A stretch of 64,000 nucleotides of DNA, from positions 143,672-207,671 of the forward strand of contig JBGQGB010000001.1 of NCBI GenBank assembly GCA_041497195.1, read 5' to 3'. This document shows positions 48,191 through 57,794 of this stretch, one piece after another. The notes under the pieces were generated by a model. That model had not been told where the DNA came from. It did no database searches and worked only from the letters and a program-made list of their open reading frames with translations. The DNA comes from Candidatus Doudnabacteria bacterium (GTDB lineage Bacteria > Patescibacteriota > Doudnabacteria > UBA920 > 2-01-FULL-46-14). The position numbers were made by a program, and so were the translations under genes. Every line of letters starts with the position of its first letter. Position 1 is the first letter of the stretch.

Positions 48191-48288
48191 ATTGTAAAAA
48201 ACCTAAAGGTGAAGGTCCTGTCGCTGTTCTGCCATCGCTTTGGCAAAAAACAGGCTCCTTGGGCCAGGCTGCGCCTGGAAGCGTGCAG

Positions 48289-48648
48289 TCATTTGTAGGT
48301 GGAAAAATGATGCCAAACAGTTAGCAGCCCGATCACCAACGCGCCCGAAGAACCGACCAATACGGCCGCAGCCATCATGTCCTTGATCTTTCCCACCAAG
48401 TTGTCCTGACCGGGTTTTAGGGCATCGAGAATTTTCTCGACAATGGTATTGACAGTTTCAAGCACAAGCACCAAAATAATCGCCAAAATAATCGCGGCGT
48501 CTTCGACGTACGAAAAATTGAGCACCAAAAGTGCAAAAATAAGGACGAGTGCAACCAGCGCTTGAATTCGAAAACTCTGCTCTGTTTGCCAAATGTACCG
48601 CAACCCGCGAAGCGCGTAACGGAAACTATTTTTGAGCCGCTGGAACAT
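48289..48648 (-). CDS. dgkA: Diacylglycerol/undecaprenol kinase
   Basis: SFRYALRGL, E.SFRIQ, ETVNTIVE, KDMMAAAV. Confidence 0.9.
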   Translation of the reverse strand: MFQRLKNSFRYALRGLRYIWQTEQSFRIQALVALVLIFALLVLNFSYVEDAAIILAIILVLVLETVNTIVEKILDALKPGQDNLVGKIKDMMAAAVLVGSSGALVIGLLTVWHHFSTYK

Positions 48649-48718
48649 GTCTCAATTATACCATCAAGCTGAAAAACAGCCTATGGACCACACGTCGGCT
48701 CTTTTTATTGCACAAATT

Positions 48719-49711
48719 TTAAGCGAATGATTGGGATTTTTCCAGTTTCATCATGAGGGGCGTCAACAAACCTTCAGCTTCATCGGCATTTTTGACGAGC
48801 ATCAGATTTGCGCGCAGTTCCCGCGCCCCGGGAAAATCGGAAATATAAGCTTTGTAATGCTTCTTCATGACATCGAAACTTTTGCGCCCGGCAAAGAGTT
48901 TCTCAAAAAGCCGCGTGTGCTCCTGCATCACCCGAAACCGCTGCTGCAAGGAAACTCCCTCTGGCGAAGGGTTACGATCGAAAAACCATGGGTTACCGAA
49001 AATTCCCCTACCGACCATGATGCCCGCGGCACCGCTCTCGGTGACTTTCTGCAAGGCCTCCGGGATGCTGCTGAGGTCGCCGTTTCCCAGAATCAAAGTC
49101 TCGGATTGCGACTCCCTGGCAATCTGGACGGCCTCGCGGACCGCGTCCCAATGCGCGGGTACGGCGGACATTTCTTTTCTGGTGCGGGCATGAATCGTAA
49201 TCGCAGCCGGCTCGGATTCCAGAAGATACTTGATCCACTCAGACAGGGTGTTTTGATTGTAACCGATCCTGGTCTTGACCGAGACGGGCAGGTTCCCGGC
49301 CCCTCTTTTGGTGGCGGCAATGATCTCCTGGGCCAGTCTGGGGGTCTTCACCAGGGCGGCTCCCGCTCCCTGCTTTTCGACAGCCCGGTCCGGACAGCCC
49401 ATATTGATGTCGATCCCGTCAAAACCGAGCTGCTGCAAAAGCCGGGCCACCTCATAAAAATGTTCGGGTTTGCTGCCAAAAATTTGGCCCACAATCGGCC
49501 GCTGCAACTCGCTGTATTGCAAATCCAAAAGCAGGTGCTCTCGACCCGGTGAGAGCAATCCATCACAGGAGACAAACTCAGTCCACATCACGTCTGGCTT
49601 GCCGTATTTGGCGATGATCTCGCGAAAAGCCGCGTCCGTCACATTCGCCATCGGAGCCAGGGCCAGGATTGGTCTATTTAACTTTTCCCAAAAGCCCTTT
49701 ATCATGGTCAT
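48719..49711 (-). CDS. dus: tRNA-dihydrouridine synthase
   Basis: LAPMA, QIFG, DINMGCP, VKTRIG, HART, GNGD, MVGRG. Confidence 0.95.
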   Translation of the reverse strand: MTMIKGFWEKLNRPILALAPMANVTDAAFREIIAKYGKPDVMWTEFVSCDGLLSPGREHLLLDLQYSELQRPIVGQIFGSKPEHFYEVARLLQQLGFDGIDINMGCPDRAVEKQGAGAALVKTPRLAQEIIAATKRGAGNLPVSVKTRIGYNQNTLSEWIKYLLESEPAAITIHARTRKEMSAVPAHWDAVREAVQIARESQSETLILGNGDLSSIPEALQKVTESGAAGIMVGRGIFGNPWFFDRNPSPEGVSLQQRFRVMQEHTRLFEKLFAGRKSFDVMKKHYKAYISDFPGARELRANLMLVKNADEAEGLLTPLMMKLEKSQSFA

Positions 49712-49737
49712 AGAGTCATTAGTATATCATTTTCCTT

Positions 49738-50454
49738 ATGGCTGAACTCACCTATCCAGTCCGCATCAACCACTACCTGGCCCTGGAAAAAATCTGCTCG
49801 CGCCGCATGGCTGATATTTTGATTGGTCAGGGCAAGGTCAAAATCAACGGGCGTCCCGCTGTCCTCGGCCAAAAAGTCGAAAGAGGTGACAGTGTCACGG
49901 TTGATCGCGAAATCCAAGACAATCTCCGACAAAACCGCGTGTTTCTGGCCTACAACAAACCAGTTGGAGTCATCACCCACGGGCCGCAACACAATGAAAA
50001 AAGCATTGCTGACGTTTTAGCGTTCAAAAGCAAGCTCTTCCCCATCGGGCGACTCGACAAAGACTCCCATGGACTCATCATCCTCACCAATGATGGCCGT
50101 ATCACAGACCGCCTGCTTAATCCGAAATATGAACACGACAAGGAATATGTGGTCAAAGTCAACAAAACAGTCCGTCCCGGATTTCTGCGGCACTTGCAAG
50201 AAGGAATTACTCTCGAGAATTATCAGACCAAACCAGCTGCAGCGGAAAAATTGAGCGATACTTCGTTTCGCATCGTCCTGACCGAGGGCAAAAACCGGCA
50301 AATACGCAAAATGTGCGCGGCTTTCAATTATCAGGTCCTCGACCTCAAACGCGTGCGCATCATGAACATCCGCTTGGATAATCTAAAACAAAACCAATAT
50401 CGTACCCTCAAAGGCCAGGAGCTGCAAAAATTTTTGACAAGCCTTGGTCTCTGA
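49738..50454 (+). CDS. rRNA pseudouridine synthase (RsuA/RluB/RluF family)
   Basis: S4 domain (CSRR.AD), GRLDKDS, EGKNRQIRKM. Confidence 0.93.
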   Translation: MAELTYPVRINHYLALEKICSRRMADILIGQGKVKINGRPAVLGQKVERGDSVTVDREIQDNLRQNRVFLAYNKPVGVITHGPQHNEKSIADVLAFKSKLFPIGRLDKDSHGLIILTNDGRITDRLLNPKYEHDKEYVVKVNKTVRPGFLRHLQEGITLENYQTKPAAAEKLSDTSFRIVLTEGKNRQIRKMCAAFNYQVLDLKRVRIMNIRLDNLKQNQYRTLKGQELQKFLTSLGL

Positions 50455-50594
50455 AAAAAGACCGGATATGAACTCTACGCTAAAGGCTGCGACCCCCGCT
50501 CCAAAACCGCGTAAGATTTGCCCCTAGGCTTAGTCAAATATAGGGTAGAAAAAGCCTAGAAAACAATTAATAAACAAGAGAAAGGGCAAATTTT

Positions 50595-51224
50595 ATGAAC
50601 AAATTCACTCGTTTGGCGCCCGCACTTGGGTTGCTTTTTATCCTGGTTCCAGCCGCAGCTCTGGCCAAGGGTGATGGGAATGACCGGGACGGGGGGCACG
50701 GGATCAGAGGGTTCTTCAACCTCGGCGGCAAAATCCATTGGGATTTCAAAAACCGCTTCCATACCGGAACAGTGACAGCTGTCGGCACAAGTAGCTTTGA
50801 CATAAAGACCTCTGACGGCACCATTTTGACAGTGAATACCGGGACGGCGAAATTGCAGCATCCTTTCGGAGCGACTATCCAATTGTCTGACATAAAAGTG
50901 AACGACAAGGTCCAAGTCAAAGGTACCACCAATGGCAATCAGATTGACGCGGCCATCGTCGTTGATTCTCCCGAGAATACGCACCCTGCCAAGGCGCACG
51001 GCACAGTCACTGCAGTCAATGGGAATAGCTTCACCCTGCAAAGCAACCATCAAGGAGTCGTCTTTACCGTCAATGTGAATACGAACAGCACCACGACCTT
51101 CAAAAGCTCTAGCACCTCGACAACCACGATTGCTAACGTCCAGGTCGGCAGCAAAGTCACAGTCAAAGGCTTGTGGGACGAAATCCTCAATATCCTAAAC
51201 GCCATTAAAGTGCACATCAGGTAA
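50595..51224 (+). CDS. Secreted DUF5666-type OB-fold repeat protein
   Basis: Signal peptide; two GTVTAV...V.VKG repeats. Confidence 0.75.
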   Translation: MNKFTRLAPALGLLFILVPAAALAKGDGNDRDGGHGIRGFFNLGGKIHWDFKNRFHTGTVTAVGTSSFDIKTSDGTILTVNTGTAKLQHPFGATIQLSDIKVNDKVQVKGTTNGNQIDAAIVVDSPENTHPAKAHGTVTAVNGNSFTLQSNHQGVVFTVNVNTNSTTTFKSSSTSTTTIANVQVGSKVTVKGLWDEILNILNAIKVHIR

Positions 51225-51248
51225 CCAAACCAAAAAACTTCCACCAAC

Positions 51249-51278
51249 AAAAAAATACGGCTTGAGGCCGTATTTTTT
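51249..51278. terminator. Bidirectional terminator
   Basis: AAAAAATACGGC-TTGAG-GCCGTATTTTTT. Confidence 0.8.
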
Positions 51279-51332
51279 GTGTGAATCGAGTGTTTTTTTT
51301 ACTCCACGTTGAAGGATCTTAAGAACCAAAAA

Positions 51333-51965
51333 TCAGGCTAGTTTTTGGAGATTCGGCCCGCTGGTCGGTATTCTAAAAACGATGAATTTATAGCCCAAAA
51401 AATCTACCAAAAAACCTATCAGAGTAGCCAAAGCTTTCCCTATATTCAGCCAGGCCACGTTGCTCAATCCCAATGCTGGGTGCAGATAACTGGTAAACAG
51501 CACGATAATCAGGCTGTTGACTATGAGCCCGAAGAACGTGACTATGGCAAATTTTGGAATATCGTTGAAAAAACCTTTGTTGTCTATTTTTTTAAAGACC
51601 CATTGTTTGTTCCAAATATAACTATTGGAGGCAGCCAGGAGCGTTCCCGGAATATTGAAGCCACCCACTGCCAGGCCAGCTGTAACCCCAGTGGCCAGAC
51701 TGGCCAGGTTTAAAAAACCAAAATTAATCGCTGTATTCAAAACGCCGACCTCGGCGAACTTGCTCAACTGAAGCATGACAGGGATCATTCTCGATAAAGC
51801 CTGACCTACCCAAAAACCGACCGCCCAGAGCAAGGCCAAAGCAAACGGCAAGACAATGAGGGTTAATGTGTTTTGGTAATGAAGGTTCAACAGCGTGGGG
51901 ATCGCGCACAATCCTGTCAAAAATCCTGCCAGCGCTGCCACTGAGTAGTCCTTGGATAGTTTCAT
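51333..51965 (-). CDS. GtrA family protein
   Basis: QLSKFAEVGVLNTAINFG, NSYIWNKQWVF, FLGYKFIVF. Confidence 0.88.
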   Translation of the reverse strand: MKLSKDYSVAALAGFLTGLCAIPTLLNLHYQNTLTLIVLPFALALLWAVGFWVGQALSRMIPVMLQLSKFAEVGVLNTAINFGFLNLASLATGVTAGLAVGGFNIPGTLLAASNSYIWNKQWVFKKIDNKGFFNDIPKFAIVTFFGLIVNSLIIVLFTSYLHPALGLSNVAWLNIGKALATLIGFLVDFLGYKFIVFRIPTSGPNLQKLA

Positions 51966-52038
51966 TTTTGTTTCTGCTTAGTTATTTATTTCATCTAAAG
52001 GATATCATGAAATCTGCAACTAATCAATCCGCGAGGGG

Positions 52039-52617
52039 TCACTCCACCGGATTAGTCTGCTCGCGCCCGCTCTTGAGCTTGCTCACTGAACACTGACCAT
52101 CCCACAATCCCAATTGATTGGTCCGCGCATAAGTTTCGGTATCGTGAAACTCTTGCGTCTTGGAAATATCCGGAGGATACCGATAAGCAAAGGCATAGCC
52201 CTGCTTCACCAGTTCCAAATTGACAAAAGTCCCGTCCTCGAGATACACAAACCCGAGCCAGCGGCCGTATTGGTCCTTCTCGCTCACGTCTTTGTAAAAC
52301 TTGATGGTTTTCCCCTCGACCAGTTCTTTATTCTTTTCCGCTGCCTCGCGGGCAAAACATTGCACTGGCTTGCGCTTGTCCACCTCTTCGGGCGTATCAA
52401 TACCAATGTATCTGAGGCGCTCACCATTGGCCAAGGTGATGGTATCTCCGTCGACCACCTCTGCGACCTTGATCGGTTGGCCGTATCCGACTTTGATGGT
52501 CCGGTCATAGGTGACCCCGGCCACGCGCGGCTCCGAGCCAACGATATGGTCTTGGTAATAAATCCCAAAAACCACTATCGCAAGCCCCGCCGCCAAAACT
52601 ACAAATTTAGTTTTCAT
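52039..52617 (-). CDS. Thermonuclease (SNase) with N-terminal anchor
   Basis: VVDGDT, RYIGIDTPE, DQYGRWL, LVKQGYA, GLW. Confidence 0.93.
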   Translation of the reverse strand: MKTKFVVLAAGLAIVVFGIYYQDHIVGSEPRVAGVTYDRTIKVGYGQPIKVAEVVDGDTITLANGERLRYIGIDTPEEVDKRKPVQCFAREAAEKNKELVEGKTIKFYKDVSEKDQYGRWLGFVYLEDGTFVNLELVKQGYAFAYRYPPDISKTQEFHDTETYARTNQLGLWDGQCSVSKLKSGREQTNPVE

Positions 52618-52668
52618 GTTTTGAAACAGGAAAGGTGACCTGGCCCTGGCGCGACCGAAAGGTTGAAG

Positions 52669-53067
52669 CTAGGATTCTGACGTGTGACCAGCAAAGTGCT
52701 CATCATCAGCCTGGGCCTGGTCTTTCGTTTCGTGGGTGACGCCGTCGCGATGATGCGGCGGGCAATAAAGAGTATACAATTTTAGGGAGTCGGTTGCCGA
52801 GGAATTGATGACATTGTGCTTCGCCCCAGCCGGAACGATCACGGCGGATCCGGCTGAGATGTCATGTTTGACTTTGTCGATCACCACAATCCCCTTTCCC
52901 TTTTCAAAACGAAAAAACTGATCCACATCGTGAACTTCTTCGCCAATCTCTTCCTGGGGCCGCAAGCTCATCAGAACCAATTGGCTGAATTTCGCCGTGT
53001 ACAAGACTCTGCGAAAATAGGTATTCTCCAAGGTTAATTTTTCAATATTGTCTGTGTATCCTTGCAT
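52669..53067 (-). CDS. Cupin domain protein
   Basis: IGEEVHDVDQFF, VPAGAKHNV, LYTLYCPPHH. Confidence 0.9.
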   Translation of the reverse strand: MQGYTDNIEKLTLENTYFRRVLYTAKFSQLVLMSLRPQEEIGEEVHDVDQFFRFEKGKGIVVIDKVKHDISAGSAVIVPAGAKHNVINSSATDSLKLYTLYCPPHHRDGVTHETKDQAQADDEHFAGHTSES

Positions 53068-53088
53068 AAATTTTATTATATTAAGTAT

Positions 53089-53511
53089 TTATTTTAGCAA
53101 AACCGTTACCAAGACGCCGGCCGTCACCAACATTCCGCCCAGAACATTGCCGAACGTGGGCTGCTCGCCCAAAAAGATAAACGCCAGAATGATAGTCAGA
53201 GCCACGCTCAACTTGTCCACTGGCGCGACTCTGGCCGCCTCGCCCAACTGCAAGGCTTTGTAATAAAACAGCCAGGACAAACCAGTCGCAATTGCCGAGA
53301 GAATAATAAAAAAATAGGAGTATCTGGAAATTTTGAAAAGCTCACTGGCGTTGCCCTGCAGCCACACTATACTCCAGGCAAAAACCACGATGATCACGGT
53401 CCTGATGGCCACTGCCAGATTGCTGTCCACCCCTCTGATGCCGATTTTTCCAAAAATGGCCACCAGAGAAGCAAAAAAAGCCGAGAGGATCGCATAAAAT
53501 ATCCAGTTCAT
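53089..53511 (-). CDS. EamA family small transporter
   Basis: FASLVAIFGKIG, SWLFYYKALQLG, APVDKLSV. Confidence 0.9.
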   Translation of the reverse strand: MNWIFYAILSAFFASLVAIFGKIGIRGVDSNLAVAIRTVIIVVFAWSIVWLQGNASELFKISRYSYFFIILSAIATGLSWLFYYKALQLGEAARVAPVDKLSVALTIILAFIFLGEQPTFGNVLGGMLVTAGVLVTVLLK

Positions 53512-53604
53512 ATGAGCAAGGATGCCCTTTCTTCTCCATCATAGCAAAAAACCGCACTTGAGGCGATTTTTTTGCGGATCGGATTCGATTTGGTGCGGAG
53601 AAAA

Positions 53605-54054
53605 TTAAAAAACTTTTCGCCCAGACTCCATCCACCTCTTGTACAAATAGCCAGCAGAGGCGAGATAGAGCAGGCCCACGATTATCAAAACGAAGCGGTT
53701 CGAAGAAATCGACATCCCGATATTGGTTCTGAGGATGCCTGCGAGCCCCAGATTGAGACCAGAGATCGCCAGCACAAAAAAAGCCACAGTGTCCATGGTC
53801 TCTTTTTTGCCAAAGAGCATTTTTTGTCCATACCATCGATACAGCAAGTAGCCTGACGCCACACCTGATATTACCCAAGCTAAGGTCAAAAGTAGGCTGA
53901 TGAGTCCGTACAGCGAGGGGACGCGGAAAAGGAACAATACCGGCGGGATACCCCCGAGAAAGAGAGCTATCGCGGCAATGAGCAACCGCACTTCTGACCA
54001 GAAAAAACTATATCTCTCAAGCTGACCTGGTTGGGTATGTTCTTGTAGATTCAT
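53605..54054 (-). CDS. Hypothetical membrane protein
   Basis: Four TMs, LERYSFFWSEVRL. Confidence 0.7.
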   Translation of the reverse strand: MNLQEHTQPGQLERYSFFWSEVRLLIAAIALFLGGIPPVLFLFRVPSLYGLISLLLTLAWVISGVASGYLLYRWYGQKMLFGKKETMDTVAFFVLAISGLNLGLAGILRTNIGMSISSNRFVLIIVGLLYLASAGYLYKRWMESGRKVF

Positions 54055-54202
54055 ATGCTTATTTTTTTGCTTATTCCTTTATTAATATTTCCTGACCGCA
54101 GTATAGCACGTATGGGATGACTCGTCTGCCGTGACCTATCTGGAAAGTGTAATTTTACTTTTGAACTAACCATGGTAAAATAAAAGCATCCGTGTAAAAA
54201 AG

Positions 54203-54808
54203 GTGGCCAACTATAAAGAACAACGGGGTCATTTGATAAAATCAAACAAGGTTATCTGGTTTATTGTTTTATTACTAGTTATTGTTGCGGGCGTAATTAT
54301 TCTGGCAAACAGAAATCGTGCGGGTAGCAAGGGCGCCCCAAACAGCGACATACCGATACATATGGATCTCACCAGTTCGGCATTTCAATTCAATCAGCCA
54401 ATCCCATTAAAATATAGTTGCGAGGGGCAAGGCATTAACCCACCCTTGGATATTTCGGGCACGCCGCGTTTCGCAAAATCTCTGGCTTTGATAGTGCATG
54501 ATCCGGACGCCCCGGCGAAAGGCGGATTTACGCATTGGGTGATATTCAATATTGCTCCGACGACGACTTACGTTGCAGAAAATTCTGTCCCACAGGGAGC
54601 GATCCAAGGAATGAATGACGCTGGGAAAAACATTTATATTGGTCCGTGCCCGCCGAGCGGTACGCATCATTATCATTTCATGCTCTACGCTCTTGATACC
54701 GTCTTGGGTTTGACCCCCAGCACTGCAAAAGACACTTTGATCCATGCAATGCAGGGCCATATTATCGGCCAAACTGATTTGATCGGGACCTACCAAAAAT
54801 CCAAATAA
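54203..54808 (+). CDS. YbhB/YbcL (PEBP) family protein with N-terminal TM
   Basis: DPDAP, FTHWV, YIGPCPPSGTHHY, YALD; start uncertain. Confidence 0.9.
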   Translation: MANYKEQRGHLIKSNKVIWFIVLLLVIVAGVIILANRNRAGSKGAPNSDIPIHMDLTSSAFQFNQPIPLKYSCEGQGINPPLDISGTPRFAKSLALIVHDPDAPAKGGFTHWVIFNIAPTTTYVAENSVPQGAIQGMNDAGKNIYIGPCPPSGTHHYHFMLYALDTVLGLTPSTAKDTLIHAMQGHIIGQTDLIGTYQKSK

Positions 54809-54834
54809 TTTTTCGGCTGAAATAAAACAATCGC

Positions 54835-54862
54835 AAAAAATCGCCTCGGGAGCGATTTTTTT
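54835..54862. terminator. Bidirectional terminator
   Basis: AAAAAATCGC...GCGATTTTTT between convergent genes. Confidence 0.65.
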
Positions 54863-54867
54863 AGGTG

Positions 54868-55236
54868 CTATTTTTCTTTTCTCATCCGATAGAAATAATA
54901 CAAAGCCAGAGGCGCTCCCCAATTAGCGGAGCGCTCGATAAAATCCAGCCAGCCCACGCCAACTATCGGTCTCAGTAAGGCTGTCCAAAATCCCCAGAAA
55001 GTGGCCCAGAGCAACACCCAGTTTAGCGGTTTGATAAGTACGATCGCCGCGACGATCAAATCGCTGATGCCTATCAAAAGCAGCAGGGTATGGGCGGTTG
55101 GATTGCCAACGTGAATTAGCTTCACGATCCAGCTAATCCAGTCTGCTTTACCCCCAATACCCAAAAAGCCGTGGCCAATAAATTCACCGGCGACACCTAT
55201 TCGCAAGGCCCATTCCATTTTTTGTGTAGTTGTCAT
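54868..55236 (-). CDS. DoxX-like membrane protein
   Basis: LRIGVAGEFIGHG, WTALLRP, FIERSANWGAPL. Confidence 0.6.
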   Translation of the reverse strand: MTTTQKMEWALRIGVAGEFIGHGFLGIGGKADWISWIVKLIHVGNPTAHTLLLLIGISDLIVAAIVLIKPLNWVLLWATFWGFWTALLRPIVGVGWLDFIERSANWGAPLALYYFYRMRKEK

Positions 55237-55356
55237 ATTTTTGTTTCTTAAGGATTGCTACGGGAATTAGCATACACCCGGCCAATTTAACTGTAAACCC
55301 ATACCACAAAAACCATCTCTTTAGCTGACTTCACTCCTGGTACGGAGCCGCGAGAT

Positions 55357-57336
55357 TTAATTTAGTAATTTCAGATTTCTTAATAATTGGGCGTTCAATG
55401 CCACGATAATAGTACTGACAGACATCAGCAAGGCCCCAATTGCTGCAGGCAAGATGATCCCAAACAAACCCGCGGCCAGAGGAATAGCAACAACATTATA
55501 TCCGGTGGCCCAGACAAGATTTTGCACCATCTTTGCGTAAGTGGCTTTTGAAAGTTTGATAATTTTTACAATATCCCGCGGATCACTTTTAGCTAGAATG
55601 ATCCCCGCGCTTTCAATGGCTACGTCTGTACCAGCGCCCATAGCAATGCCAATATCTGCTTGGGCCAAGGCTGGCGCGTCATTTACGCCATCGCCAACCA
55701 TGGCAACCTGACTCCTATCTGTTTGCAGCTCTTTGACCTTATCGGCTTTGTGTTCAGGCAAAACTTGGGCAAAATATTCAGTGATCCCAAGTTCCCTCGC
55801 TACATATTTGGCTACAGCCTCACTGTCTCCCGTGAGCATTGCCACTCTGACTCCGGACTTCTTAAGTTCATCAATAGCCTGTTTTGATTGTTCACGGATC
55901 AAATCAGCCGTCGTTATTACCCCTATGAGTTTATTTTGCTCCAACAAATAAACTACTGTTTTGCCTTCATTGCCAGCCTGTTCAACTTTTTGGGATAAAC
56001 CGTCAAGAGTGATATTCTTTTCTTCTAGTAATTTCGGGCTGCCGACAAAAAATTCTTTCCCGTCAACCATCGCCTTCGCTCCTTGACCTGGAATTGCCAA
56101 AAAATTTTGCCCTGGCGAAAAATCGACACCAAGCTCTTGGGCTTTCTTTACAATAGCCCGGGCAATCGAGTGTTCGGAACTAGCTTCCACTGCGGCCGCC
56201 GTTTTTAAGACATAGTCCCTGCTTGACCCCTCGCTTGGCCAAATATCTACTACCCCATGTTCGCCTTTGGTAAGAGTTCCGGTTTTATCAAACAATACCA
56301 CGTCAATATTACGGGCTGATTCCAAAGCAATCCTTTTCTTTATGAGTAACCCGTTTTTTGCCGCCAAACTTGTGGAGATCGAAGTCACCAAAGGTATTGC
56401 CAGACCCAGGGCGTGCGGGCAAGCAATTACCAGGACAGTGACCATTCTTTCAAAGGCAAAAGTGGCACCTTTGTCGAGAATGAGCCAAGCAACCAAAGTC
56501 AAAATACCTGAAACGGTCGCCACAATGGTCAGATAAAACGCCGCCCGGTCCGCCAGGACCTGAGCCTTGGAACGAGACGCCTGTGCTTCGGCGACTAATC
56601 TCATTATCCCGGCTAGCGCCGTGTCTTCACCAGTCTTTGTGACTTTGATTTTCAGCGACCCATCGCCGTTGACGGTCCCTGCGATTACCTGACTGCCTTT
56701 TGTCTTTCGGACTGGCTCACTTTCTCCGGTAATCATTGCTTCATTTACAGAGGATGATCCTTCTACAATTACTCCATCAGCCGGGACTTTTGCCCCGGGC
56801 CGAGCTAATACCACATCCCCAACTTTCAATTGGGAAGTCGGGACTTTTTGACCATTTTCAAGCTCGGCTGTGTCAGGTAATAACTTGGCCAATTCCTGCA
56901 AAGCTCTCTGCGCGTTCGTCACCGATCGCATCTCCATCCAATGGCCAAAGATCATGATGGTAATCAGGGTCGCAAGCTCCCAAAAAAATTCTGCTCCTGT
57001 ATGCGAAAAAATAGAGAATAAACTGTACGCAAAAGCAACCAATATGGCCTGACTTATCAGCGTCATCATGCCAGGCTGTCTGGACCTGAGTTCTGCGATT
57101 GCACCTTTGATAAATACTGTGCCTGAATAGAAAAACAAGATCGTGCCAAAGATTGCGGGAATATATTCCGAGCCAAAAAACTTCGGCATCGAGAAATGCA
57201 GCCAATTCTGGATCGAATCGGAATATACCAGAACGGGCAGAGTCAAAATCAAACTCCACCAAAACTTGTCCCGGAACATTGCCGGCGAATGGCCTTCATG
57301 TTTGTCGTGAGTATGTTGAGAGTGATGATCGTGCAT
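55357..57336 (-). CDS. copB: Copper-translocating P1B-3 type ATPase (CopB-like)
   Basis: His-rich N-terminus, TGES, CPH motif, DKTGT, GDGVND, YN and MSVST. Confidence 0.92.
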   Translation of the reverse strand: MHDHHSQHTHDKHEGHSPAMFRDKFWWSLILTLPVLVYSDSIQNWLHFSMPKFFGSEYIPAIFGTILFFYSGTVFIKGAIAELRSRQPGMMTLISQAILVAFAYSLFSIFSHTGAEFFWELATLITIMIFGHWMEMRSVTNAQRALQELAKLLPDTAELENGQKVPTSQLKVGDVVLARPGAKVPADGVIVEGSSSVNEAMITGESEPVRKTKGSQVIAGTVNGDGSLKIKVTKTGEDTALAGIMRLVAEAQASRSKAQVLADRAAFYLTIVATVSGILTLVAWLILDKGATFAFERMVTVLVIACPHALGLAIPLVTSISTSLAAKNGLLIKKRIALESARNIDVVLFDKTGTLTKGEHGVVDIWPSEGSSRDYVLKTAAAVEASSEHSIARAIVKKAQELGVDFSPGQNFLAIPGQGAKAMVDGKEFFVGSPKLLEEKNITLDGLSQKVEQAGNEGKTVVYLLEQNKLIGVITTADLIREQSKQAIDELKKSGVRVAMLTGDSEAVAKYVARELGITEYFAQVLPEHKADKVKELQTDRSQVAMVGDGVNDAPALAQADIGIAMGAGTDVAIESAGIILAKSDPRDIVKIIKLSKATYAKMVQNLVWATGYNVVAIPLAAGLFGIILPAAIGALLMSVSTIIVALNAQLLRNLKLLN

Positions 57337-57350
57337 GCGTGAAGCATAAC

Positions 57351-57375
57351 AAAAAACCGCCTCAAGGGCGACTTT
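57351..57375 (-). terminator. Terminator immediately upstream of the copB start
   Basis: AAAGTCGCC-CTTGA-GGCGG-TTTTTT, ending 14 nt before the ATG. Confidence 0.6.
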
Positions 57376-57505
57376 CGTATGGGTCCCTAGCCGAACAAAT
57401 GCTCGGACAGTTTTACGATCAGTTAGCTAGATTTATTCCTTGGGTCCTAGCCAAGTCATAAAAACTATTTTTATTTTAGCCAGATCAAAATTTTTCTAAC
57501 TTTTA

Positions 57506-57532
57506 AAAACATCCCGCATGAGAGATGTTTTT
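57506..57532. terminator. Terminator after the cyo cluster
   Basis: AAAAACATC...GATGTTTTT. Confidence 0.5.
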
Positions 57533-57787
57533 TTATTTATTGATGCTTATGGCCAACCTACGCCGAGCCCCCACAAACTCCAATGCGACCACTGCCAGAT
57601 AGATTAGGCCTGTGATACACGTTTGCGTAATATGGGCTGGAATAGTCCAAGCTAAATAAAATCCGCTCGCCAAGGTCACCGCAACTAAACCGTAAGCTAT
57701 CTGTAATCTGGGCTTGGAAGGAAAAAACAAGACAAAGCCCGAGTAAATCAGGCTGAAAGATGCGACAATTACGTGAAAGATTATCAT
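57533..57787 (-). CDS. Small three-TM protein downstream of cyoE
   Basis: 84 hydrophobic aa, starts 7 nt after cyoE. Confidence 0.65.
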   Translation of the reverse strand: MIIFHVIVASFSLIYSGFVLFFPSKPRLQIAYGLVAVTLASGFYLAWTIPAHITQTCITGLIYLAVVALEFVGARRRLAISINK

Positions 57788-57794
57788 AAATCTA

